DNA of 56,831 nt from Oscillospiraceae bacterium (GTDB lineage Bacteria > Bacillota > Clostridia > Oscillospirales > Oscillospiraceae). Where the stretch lies: contig WQTE01000001.1 in assembly GCA_009786445.1 (NCBI GenBank), positions 1 through 56,831 of the forward strand. The letters run 5' to 3'. Positions 35,486 to 43,997 of this stretch are shown here, one piece after another. Numbering within the stretch: position 1 is the stretch's first letter; each line of letters begins with the position of its first letter. A program made the position numbers and the translations under genes. Under the pieces are notes generated by a model, which worked only from the letters and a program-made list of their open reading frames with translations, did not search any database and was not told the origin of the DNA.

Positions 35486-35935
35486 TTAGTCGTCTCCGAA
35501 GCTGCCGATAACGCCTTTTTTCATTATCATGCAGGCATAAAGGGCAGGTTCACTGGTCTGAATCGTAACAAAACTGTTTTTTGCGCGCTCGTAGAAGTCA
35601 AAACGATCTATCTTCGCCAGCTCTTTATAAGCTTTGCAAAAATCATTGCGCTTGATTATTTGGTCATACTCGTCCCAAATAGGTGGAACTCCCTTAAACA
35701 AATCCCCGGGCTGCATTACAACAACAGGGTCGTCTACGAATACATCAAGCGGCATGAACTGCAATATTGCATCCACTAATTCCGTCGCCTTTAGCCCTTT
35801 GGTATAAACGCAACGCTGCGACATCGTCCTTGAGGGGAAGTTTATATCCCCAATTACTATATCATCTCCGTGGCCCATTTCCATGAGCGCATGCATAAGA
35901 TCCGGCGGTATACATTCTGGTATGTTTCGCAACAT
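35486..35935 (-). CDS. RbsD/FucU-family sugar mutarotase
   Basis: MLRNIPECIPPDLMHALMEMGHGDDIVIGDINFP matches the FucU/RbsD N-terminal motif (..L..MGHGDE..). Start taken at ATG 35935. Confidence 0.75.
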   Translation of the reverse strand: MLRNIPECIPPDLMHALMEMGHGDDIVIGDINFPSRTMSQRCVYTKGLKATELVDAILQFMPLDVFVDDPVVVMQPGDLFKGVPPIWDEYDQIIKRNDFCKAYKELAKIDRFDFYERAKNSFVTIQTSEPALYACMIMKKGVIGSFGDD

Positions 35936-35959
35936 AATCAACAAGCCCCTTTCCGATAA

Positions 35960-36946
35960 TTACTTAAATATTGCTTCTCTGACTGCGCGAACCGTCTTGT
36001 TGGGATTGCCTTCCTCAATAAGCTCTCCAAGTACGTCAAAGCCAATCAAGTCAACCGCTTGGTCAAATTTCTTCATGAACATAACGCTCTCTTTTGTGCT
36101 TTCATACTGATCTTCGCGATACGGGAAAATATCGATGGACATAAAGCCGTCATATCCCACTTTGCGTAGTGCATACATCATCTCGATATACTCCATGTAC
36201 CTCAATGAACCTGCAATCATGTCGTCGTCCCACAAGTTGTAGTTGTCATTGACGTGCATCATAAACAGTTTGTTGTATCGTGCAGCTACTTCAATGTTTT
36301 GCGCAACATTTTGCTGGGTGTAGAAAACATGCCCGGAATCAATCGCAACGCCTACGTTATCGCGGTCAATTTCCATGCACATGAGAAGTGCGGAAAGTGT
36401 GGTATCAACCAAGCAACGCTGGCGCGGCTCACGAATCTTTCCTTCGAGCGTCAGCTTTATCTTAGGATTATAGTCTGCAAGTTCACGCACATTCTTGATG
36501 AGGTAGTCGTATTGTTTTGTATAGTTGGTCTGTAGCGGATAATCAAACCCATCTTGACCTAACCACAGGTTCACGCTCGGCTCACCCACAAGCTTAGAGT
36601 TAAAGTCAATATTCTGCTTGAGAAGTTTCATTGCATCAGCACGAACTGCCGGGTCTGCCGCGGTAATTGAGCCATGACGCCATTTTCTTTCACCAAATAC
36701 GAGAGGCAGTACCGATGAGCATACAAACCCGGCTTCTGTCAAAATCTCGTTTACTGTATCAGGATCGGAGAGAGGTCCTGTCGGTGCTTGGTAGAGATCC
36801 GCACCCTGAAGCACCCCCATATCCTTAAGTCTGCTTATAACATCGGGGAATTCCACTTTTTCGTTCGCCGGATCCTTGTATCCGTCTTTCATGAATCTGT
36901 CGTATGTTTGCCCAAGAGATCCAATAATCGCACTGTACTTAATCAT
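35960..36946 (-). CDS. Sugar phosphate isomerase/epimerase (xylose-isomerase-like TIM barrel)
   Basis: 328 aa. VAIDSGHVFY, MHVNDN and other TIM-barrel metal-site-like motifs. Confidence 0.6.
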   Translation of the reverse strand: MIKYSAIIGSLGQTYDRFMKDGYKDPANEKVEFPDVISRLKDMGVLQGADLYQAPTGPLSDPDTVNEILTEAGFVCSSVLPLVFGERKWRHGSITAADPAVRADAMKLLKQNIDFNSKLVGEPSVNLWLGQDGFDYPLQTNYTKQYDYLIKNVRELADYNPKIKLTLEGKIREPRQRCLVDTTLSALLMCMEIDRDNVGVAIDSGHVFYTQQNVAQNIEVAARYNKLFMMHVNDNYNLWDDDMIAGSLRYMEYIEMMYALRKVGYDGFMSIDIFPYREDQYESTKESVMFMKKFDQAVDLIGFDVLGELIEEGNPNKTVRAVREAIFK

Positions 36947-37032
36947 AACTCATATAGTTCCTTTCATTCATAAACACTACACTTTAGTGTGTATTATACA
37001 CAACGGTTTTGCCGAAAAATAACTAACCTGTT

Positions 37033-38046
37033 TTACAGCCTAAGGTCAACGAGGATTTCTATGCCCTCTCCCTTACGTAATATCTCTATCCCCTTGCCCA
37101 CATCGTCAAGCGGTAGCGTATGGGTGATAAGAGGTTCCAAGTCAAGTTTTCCGCTTTCAAGTAATTTTACTGCCGCCGGGAAAGATGCATTTGCCAACCA
37201 TGTGCCGATTACCGTAGTTTCTCTGGTTGTGAGGTCAAAGGGCTTAACTACCTCCTCTGCATTGCTGTTGAGACCGAAAAGCAGTGCAGTTCCACCCTTT
37301 CTTGTGTTTGAAGCGCAGGTGTTGAGCTGGTTGCCTACAACGTCAATTGCATAGTCCACACCTATGCCCGTCGCCTCAAGAACAACCTTGCTTAAATCTT
37401 CATTGAGAGGGTCAACAACTATATCCGCACCACACTTGAGTGCGACATCCCTACGGGACTTGACAGGTTCCGATAGTATGACCGGAAATGCGCCTGCTGC
37501 TTTTACAATCTGCACGAACAGCAACCCTATCGCTCCCGCTCCGCAAACTAAGACACTGTCGCCGGGAGAAATCGGTAATTTATTTTTTCCATTTAACAAG
37601 CACGCCAATGGCTCAGCGAATGCTGCAATTTTCGCCGGCAAGTCTTTACTTATTTTAAACGCAACTCTTTCTGAGATTTTGACATATTCGGCGAAACCTC
37701 CGTCTGCTTCTATGCCCATGGGTATAATATTTTCACAGAAGTTGGGCAGGTTTTTTTTGCAGAAAGTGCAAACTCCGCAAAAATCATTGGGATTCGTTAC
37801 CACTCTATCGCCAACTTTCAGACTTGTAACGCCCAAGCCGACCTTGACAACTTCACCGCACAACTCGTGACCCAGTATTGTGCCCGGTTTTGCCGCATAG
37901 CCGGGTGGGACAGACATTATATGTACATCCGTGCCACAGATTGAGCACATCTCAACCTTGACTATGACATCATCGGGTTTTTCGATTTTTGGTACATCAA
38001 CTTCCTTGATGTTTAGTACTCCCTCGCCTTCAAAAACAGCGGCTCT
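37033..38046 (-). CDS. Zn-dependent MDR dehydrogenase
   Basis: CSICGTDVH, GHELCG, structural Zn Cys cluster (CGVCTFCKKNLPNFC), GAGAIG. Start taken at MRAAVFEG (ATG 38046). ATG 38067 is also possible. The ORF-track start at 38175 is unlikely. Confidence 0.75.
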   Translation of the reverse strand, partial: RAAVFEGEGVLNIKEVDVPKIEKPDDVIVKVEMCSICGTDVHIMSVPPGYAAKPGTILGHELCGEVVKVGLGVTSLKVGDRVVTNPNDFCGVCTFCKKNLPNFCENIIPMGIEADGGFAEYVKISERVAFKISKDLPAKIAAFAEPLACLLNGKNKLPISPGDSVLVCGAGAIGLLFVQIVKAAGAFPVILSEPVKSRRDVALKCGADIVVDPLNEDLSKVVLEATGIGVDYAIDVVGNQLNTCASNTRKGGTALLFGLNSNAEEVVKPFDLTTRETTVIGTWLANASFPAAVKLLESGKLDLEPLITHTLPLDDVGKGIEILRKGEGIEILVDLRL

Positions 38047-38598
38047 CATTTTTTCACCCATAAATAACATGTCGCCTTTCTTTAAAGTTAGCACCGAGCC
38101 TTGGAAAGCTCTAATAATTGCTCTTTTTACATATGGAAGCGGCCACCTCTGATGCACATATGGTATCGTTCCCACGTAGTATAAATTAAATTGTACCAGC
38201 TACTTTTTACGATGTCAATAGCAAATCACCCCTTAGTTATCATAATTGCATAGCTATTGCGTTAAATCTTCGCCGTTTTTGTGCAAATTCACATCACACT
38301 AAATCACTGTAATTGCTACATAATGTGCTAATATTACTCGTAAATAATTGACATACAATGTGCAAAATTCACAAAATTTCAATAACTACAGAGGTTTCTG
38401 TTATACGCCGACCGCCGTAAATAATGTGCCTGTAGAAATTGACAGGCCCGCTTATCTTGTACGTGTTTTTCAAAGTGCAAAATAAGGGCAGTTGCACCAA
38501 AAAAATCGCTTTTTTACCATAAGTATATTTGACTTATTTCGGCGTTATATGTTAAACTGAAATTGAATTATCTTGATAAAAGAAAGGGGCTTTGACTA

Positions 38599-39000
38599 AT
38601 GGCAAAAATTACCGGTCTTGCGCACGTCGGCGTATTCGTAAAGGACATTAAGAGGTCGCAAAAATTCTATACAGAGGTGCTTGGCTTCAAAACTCGATGG
38701 GAGTGTGAGTTCACGGAAGGTGACAACACCTACACAATTTGTATCGTTGAAAACGGCAATCTTGTAATCGAACTGGTCAAAATGAAATATCCTGATGAGC
38801 GCACGGGCAACGGCGTTGTCGGACACATCGCTATGCTGGTTGATGACCTTGAAGGGATGATTGAGCAACTGAATACTCATAACATTAAGTTTGATACTGA
38901 TGCTCCGGTTCACAAGAGCAATATGCTTGAAAACGGCAGCAAATGGATTTTCTTCCGCGGCCCCGATGACGAACATCTTGAACTTACGCAAATACTATAA
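38599..39000 (+). CDS. VOC/glyoxalase-family protein
   Basis: 133 aa. ITGLAHVGVFVKDIKRSQKFYTEVLGF and GHIAMLVDD are typical glyoxalase/bleomycin-resistance fold motifs. AAAGGGG RBS. Confidence 0.8.
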   Translation: MAKITGLAHVGVFVKDIKRSQKFYTEVLGFKTRWECEFTEGDNTYTICIVENGNLVIELVKMKYPDERTGNGVVGHIAMLVDDLEGMIEQLNTHNIKFDTDAPVHKSNMLENGSKWIFFRGPDDEHLELTQIL

Positions 39001-39165
39001 GTGATATAGCCATAACAGAGGCGCTGTTGCAAAACACTAAACTTGTCACTGCCAGAGTCCGAAGGATCTTTCTCGTAAGGCATTTTTCGAGCAAAAAGAT
39101 TCTCCGCTGCGCTCGCAGTGACAAGTTCTTTTCTTGCTGTTTTGCTACAGCCCCCTTAGTTTTAT
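39001..39165. repeat. About 165-nt imperfect palindromic intergenic element (second copy-like element)
   Basis: 13-bp perfect inner stem AACTTGTCACTGC (39040-39052) / GCAGTGACAAGTT (39115-39127). Outer arms are partly complementary (GTTGCAAAAC / GTTTTGCTAC). Begins GTGATATAGCC right after the VOC stop, and overlaps the 3' end of the convergent transglutaminase gene. Confidence 0.65.
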
Positions 39166-41433
39166 GTACAACACTTCTGCTGTATTTACTTCGGTGACAT
39201 CGGGAGGTATGTTTGCAAAGTGCAGGCGCATCTGCGCATCTGTAATAATGCCAAACGATGAGTCCATCATATCTTGTTCTTCAAGCTGCGGCTTTATACG
39301 TTTATTATACTCCGTCAGTGTTTCACCGGGGTTTACTTCTGCGCCCATTTTGCGAAGTTGCTCCATAATATCCGAGTAATAGAAGCTGAATCTCCCCGGC
39401 AAATCGGGGAATTTTTTGAGTACGCGCTTAACCGAGTAATTGCGGCGTTTTCTGAGCAGCAGGAATACAAGTATCAGAGCAACAAGGATAAGCACAAGCA
39501 TTGCCGCAAAAATGAAGGGGTGCACAACTCCGGCGAGTTCAGCAAACAGCCACTCATTGTAAAAAGGTACACCGAATAAGTAAAAGTCCATATCCCACCA
39601 CTCATAGATTATAAATTCCTCTGCAAGCACCGAAGGTGCATTAAGTGGTATGTCAGGATTCCAATTCAGAGGGTCAAACGGTGTCCAGCCAAGCCCGCTG
39701 AAATATATTTCAGCCCAAGCGTGCGCCGTTCTGCCTGTCGCATAAAATATATTGTCCAACGCAGGGTCCCGAATCAGCGAAAACCCTGTGACATATCTGG
39801 ACGGAAGCCCAACTGTACGTGCCATTACTGCCAGAGCTGTCGCAAAATACACACAGTGACCTTCCCCCGTTTCAAAGAAATGCGCAACGAAATCCATGTC
39901 ATCCGGCGGCACTACAGGACTGAGGGTGTACGAAAAATTATCACCAATCCAATTAGACAGAGCTGTCGCTTTTAAAAATGGAGAGGTCTCGTCACCAATG
40001 ACATAAAGTGCTGTTTCGCGCACAATATCCGGCAGATTTTCAGGTAGGACTGTATATCGCTCAACTATTTCAGGAAAGCGTGGGTCTTCATCAACAAGAG
40101 ACTCAAAGGATAATATAGTCTCGTAGAAAAGCGGTGCATCCCTGTTGATTACACGCGCGTTTATAATGATAGTCTCATTTATCGGGACAGGGGATGGCAA
40201 AAAGAGTTCTGCGCGCTCATTGAAGAGCAAGTTATCGTCTAATTCGGGTGACTCAAAACTTACATTACGTATCCCTGCACTGGTAAACACAGTTGTGAAA
40301 AACTCCGTCGCATAGGTTATAATCAATCTTACATCTTTTGTGATTGCATCGAACGCATCACGCACTGAGTCACCACCATCGGGCATACGAGAATCAAAGG
40401 TGTTGTTACGGGTGACTCGCCAGAATACGCTGTTAAAGCGGCGTGGTCTGTCTTCTCTGCCGGGCAACCAGCTATAGCCGGTATAGTAGTCCATCACAGT
40501 TCCGCCGAGAAGCAGCGGTGTATTTGTGACTACAGTTAGCATATACCCGTCGCTCAGTGTGGCAGGTCCTCCCAAGCGGTTTCCGGGGGCACCAAAGCCC
40601 ATGGCATTAATATCGAAACTCACCACAGTATCGATAGGTACAGGGTTTAATAGAAGGTCAATGTCCGAAATGACATTAGCCAGTGGGCGAAACTGAAAAA
40701 ACGAGCCTGACGGCGAAAATACAACAAGACTTAATAATACTGCAAGTGCTGCAATCGGCACTGCTATAAGCTGCGCAGGCGGGCGAAAGCGTTCACCTCC
40801 TTTGCGCACGCTTTTTTCTGCCGCACGGTAAAATGCGCGCGGCAGTAAAATAATTATACCTGCCGTAAATATCGAAATAGGCAGGTGATGGCCGTAAAAC
40901 CCTCCACTGAGGATAATTACTGCGATAAATGGAGCTATACAAAACCAGACAGAATAAAGCCGGCGAATAAGAAAAAACACAGCCAGCGTTACCAGACAAA
41001 TTATAAAGTATGTAAGGTTTATATGTTCGGCACTTTGAGAGAAAATTTCGTGTTCGGGTACACCACTGAAAAACCAAGCACCAAATTCGGCCCAATGGGA
41101 GAGCCGCTCAACTAAGCTCCCTACGTGACTGTAATACACTCCTATAGCACCCAGCGCTATTACAGCCAATAGTGGAGCAAACCACCAACGCACCCGCAAA
41201 ACCCTATACGCAAATACGCCCAAAGCTGTAAGTCCCAATATCTGCCACGTCCCAAGCGGAACATAGAAAAACTGTAAAGTTGTCAAAACAAGATTTATTC
41301 CGCTCGAAACAAGAAAAACGGCAATACTGTCCACGAGGATACCGCTTCGCAAGATTGCAGTTTCCTTAATCGTTTCATAATGATTTGCTGTTTTTGTTGC
41401 CGTGCCCATAATTACCTCGCAGTCTTTCCGCAA
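39145..41433 (-). CDS. Transglutaminase-like membrane protein (TgpA-like)
   Basis: 762 aa. N-terminal multi-TM region. Cys-His-Asp core (GEGHCVYFATALAVMAR; TAHAWAEIYFSGLGWTPFDP). C-terminal TM plus tail. Confidence 0.8.
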   Translation of the reverse strand: MRKDCEVIMGTATKTANHYETIKETAILRSGILVDSIAVFLVSSGINLVLTTLQFFYVPLGTWQILGLTALGVFAYRVLRVRWWFAPLLAVIALGAIGVYYSHVGSLVERLSHWAEFGAWFFSGVPEHEIFSQSAEHINLTYFIICLVTLAVFFLIRRLYSVWFCIAPFIAVIILSGGFYGHHLPISIFTAGIIILLPRAFYRAAEKSVRKGGERFRPPAQLIAVPIAALAVLLSLVVFSPSGSFFQFRPLANVISDIDLLLNPVPIDTVVSFDINAMGFGAPGNRLGGPATLSDGYMLTVVTNTPLLLGGTVMDYYTGYSWLPGREDRPRRFNSVFWRVTRNNTFDSRMPDGGDSVRDAFDAITKDVRLIITYATEFFTTVFTSAGIRNVSFESPELDDNLLFNERAELFLPSPVPINETIIINARVINRDAPLFYETILSFESLVDEDPRFPEIVERYTVLPENLPDIVRETALYVIGDETSPFLKATALSNWIGDNFSYTLSPVVPPDDMDFVAHFFETGEGHCVYFATALAVMARTVGLPSRYVTGFSLIRDPALDNIFYATGRTAHAWAEIYFSGLGWTPFDPLNWNPDIPLNAPSVLAEEFIIYEWWDMDFYLFGVPFYNEWLFAELAGVVHPFIFAAMLVLILVALILVFLLLRKRRNYSVKRVLKKFPDLPGRFSFYYSDIMEQLRKMGAEVNPGETLTEYNKRIKPQLEEQDMMDSSFGIITDAQMRLHFANIPPDVTEVNTAEVLYIKLRGL

Positions 41434-41445
41434 ATAGGCATTTTG

Positions 41446-42585
41446 CTATACCAAATCTAAATCCGCGAAATTAATTTTATCGTCTTCGAGTGTTTCTCCC
41501 AAAGATGGTGCAAACAGCAAGATTTGCCTACCGCTCTGCGAAATTGCAGAGAGTGTATCGGATATTTGTTTGTCTTTTCTTGATGTTATTACATAAAAAG
41601 TGCTGAAATTTGCGTGGCTTTCAAAATAATATCGCAGTGCTAAGTTGATATCGCCTTGCGCATCAAACTCTATGACAGCAAGATAATCTATAATTTTTTG
41701 TAAATCGTTCGGGCTTTTCCCTTCAATTATTGATTCGCTTTCATCCGAGCTGACAAGGGTTACGATATGACCTGAAAGCAAGCAGTGATTTACTGCTGCA
41801 ACAGCACATTCGCAAGCTATGTCGTTATAACGCAGAGCATCTTCTCCCTCAAAACCGCTTTCACAGGTGTCAATAAAGATTATGGCTGAAGCTTCCATCG
41901 GGATGTCATAGCGTTTGACGTGAAGTTCCCTTTTACGCACCGAAAGTATCCTGTGAATACGTTTAAAAGCATCGCCGAATCGGTACAACCGGGTGTCGTA
42001 ATACTCTTCTCCGCCGTCTGACTGGTGCTGTGCGCTGACACCTTCAAGCATCGTCCCATCGCTCGCCGAAATACCCGTAGAGTCAAGCTGCAATACCCTC
42101 GGATATACAACAAGCTTTTTTAAGCGGTAGTTTGGCAAGCGCCGCAAGTCAAAACGCATATGCAAAATTCCGAACATATCAACTACTTCAAGCGTAGTTA
42201 TGCCCACTTCATACATACCACGATACTTGCAGGTCATCGAAACCTCGTAACATACCATATCCCGAGGTGGTATATTTATTATCAGCTCCTCAGTATCGTA
42301 GGGCAACACCGTCTGCACTGCGGCACGTATCGAGCTTAATGGAAACGGTGCATTATTGGTTACATGGATTTTTAGTGTCGCTATATCACCTTTTTCTGCA
42401 CTTACATCGCCGAGTTCATATAGGCAGGAAAAACTATAAAAAGTCCACAGACTAAGTCCCAGCGCAACGGCTGTCAAGAAAAAAAGTGTAGTGAATAAAA
42501 AATAAAATTCCCATCGTCCTGTACCGAGCCCTGCAACTAAAAGCAAAAACATTAAAAGGTAGTAGCCTACCCGAAAACGTTTCAT
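41446..42585 (-). CDS. DUF58 domain protein
   Basis: 379 aa with two N-terminal TM helices and a vWA-like remainder. Classical position between the MoxR ATPase and the transglutaminase gene. Confidence 0.65.
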   Translation of the reverse strand: MKRFRVGYYLLMFLLLVAGLGTGRWEFYFLFTTLFFLTAVALGLSLWTFYSFSCLYELGDVSAEKGDIATLKIHVTNNAPFPLSSIRAAVQTVLPYDTEELIINIPPRDMVCYEVSMTCKYRGMYEVGITTLEVVDMFGILHMRFDLRRLPNYRLKKLVVYPRVLQLDSTGISASDGTMLEGVSAQHQSDGGEEYYDTRLYRFGDAFKRIHRILSVRKRELHVKRYDIPMEASAIIFIDTCESGFEGEDALRYNDIACECAVAAVNHCLLSGHIVTLVSSDESESIIEGKSPNDLQKIIDYLAVIEFDAQGDINLALRYYFESHANFSTFYVITSRKDKQISDTLSAISQSGRQILLFAPSLGETLEDDKINFADLDLV

Positions 42586-42590
42586 CGCAG

Positions 42591-43538
42591 TTATTTGACC
42601 GCAGGAACCGCAATCTGTTGCTTTATTTCCTGCAATATGGTGGGGACTGTGTTTTTTTGCGCATACGCCTTGGAGCGGAGTATTATCCTATGCGCCAGCA
42701 CAGGCTCAAGCATTTTATGCACATCGTCAGGTAAGACGTAGCCGCGCCCGTTTAAAAGAGCTTCACCCATGGCTGCGCGCATCAGAGAAATAGAGCCACG
42801 CGGTGAAACTCCCAACAGAACTTCCTTATGTTCACGGGTTTTACGTGAAATATCAATTATGTAATCCGATATCAGGTCAGTACAAATAGTTTTATCAAGC
42901 AGGTCTTGCATTTTGGTAACTGTCTCTGCATTCGTCACCGCCTCAAGATTTGCAACACTGATTTTTTCCCTGTTGCGCTCAAGTATTTGTCTTTCGTCGT
43001 TTTTTTCGGGATACCCTATGGATATGCGCATTAGGAAGCGGTCAAGCTGCGCCTCCGGCAGTGAGTAGGTGCCTGTAAGTTCTACAGGGTTTTGTGTCGC
43101 CATCACTGCAAATGGACGAGGCAAATCGTAGGTAATGCCGTCAACGCTGACTTGCCCTTCCTGCATAGCCTGTAGCAGTGCCGATTGCGTTTTTGGGTTG
43201 GTGCGGTTGATTTCATCGGCGAGCAGTATTTGTGTCATCACTGCCCCCGGAATGAATTGCCTCTCGTTTGTTTTCAAGTCGAACATCGTAAAGCCCGTCA
43301 CATCGGACGGCAATACATCAGGAGTGAATTGCAAGCGTGTAAACGAGCAGTCAACACTCTCGGCAATCGCTGAAACAAGAGTTGTTTTTCCCAAGCCCGG
43401 TACATCTTCAATCAGGGCGTGTCCGTTGCATATAAGGCAAATCAGCACAAGGTTAATCGCCTCGGCTTTGCCGACAATCACTTTTTCTACATTTGTGCGT
43501 ATTTTGTCTAAAATGTCTTTTGCTTCGGTAACATTCAA
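42591..43538 (-). CDS. MoxR-family AAA+ ATPase
   Basis: 315 aa. GLGKTTLV Walker A, LLADEINRTNPKTQSALLQAMQE Walker B / sensor region. Confidence 0.9.
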   Translation of the reverse strand: MNVTEAKDILDKIRTNVEKVIVGKAEAINLVLICLICNGHALIEDVPGLGKTTLVSAIAESVDCSFTRLQFTPDVLPSDVTGFTMFDLKTNERQFIPGAVMTQILLADEINRTNPKTQSALLQAMQEGQVSVDGITYDLPRPFAVMATQNPVELTGTYSLPEAQLDRFLMRISIGYPEKNDERQILERNREKISVANLEAVTNAETVTKMQDLLDKTICTDLISDYIIDISRKTREHKEVLLGVSPRGSISLMRAAMGEALLNGRGYVLPDDVHKMLEPVLAHRIILRSKAYAQKNTVPTILQEIKQQIAVPAVK

Positions 43539-43566
43539 CGTACACAGCCCTCCCGTATTACATCAT

Positions 43567-43974
43567 TTACTTACCTGAGCTTCCGTATCCTATTTCTTCC
43601 AATCTTTCTTCTAATTTTTGAACCAACGACTTTTTATCTGCCGGTAATGGGCTGAACGTGACGACCATTCGCACGGTTTCATTGCCGACAACATGGCACT
43701 CATGTGTTGCTCCCTTTGGCACAAAGAGGCAGTCGTTCGGCCCAAAGTCAAACCGCTCGCCGTTAATGATTTGATAGCCATATCCCGATGTGTAGTAAAA
43801 CACGTGGTCGGCATCGGCATGAATATCTTTGAGTGCCCGCCCTCCGGGACGGATTTCGGTCACAAACATTGCTATAGTGTCTGTAGCAGCTATAGTCCAG
43901 GAGTTGCTCTCCTCATGCAGCGGTGCAACGCCGGGTATCAAGTCCTTTGTGCTGACTTTATATGGTTTTTTCAT
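43567..43974 (-). CDS. Cupin-domain protein
   Basis: 135 aa. HADADHVFYYTSGYG...GPNDCLFVPKGATHE is a two-motif cupin pattern. Confidence 0.7.
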   Translation of the reverse strand: MKKPYKVSTKDLIPGVAPLHEESNSWTIAATDTIAMFVTEIRPGGRALKDIHADADHVFYYTSGYGYQIINGERFDFGPNDCLFVPKGATHECHVVGNETVRMVVTFSPLPADKKSLVQKLEERLEEIGYGSSGK

Positions 43975-43997
43975 AGTAATTTTCCCTTCAACTCATT

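Noticed and set aside
38280-38500. Repeated TGTGCAAA motifs as a possible CRISPR array or tandem repeat
   Set aside because: Only two full copies, with irregular 65-nt spacing. The repeats are short (14-15 nt) and no cas genes are present. They fit regulator binding sites better.
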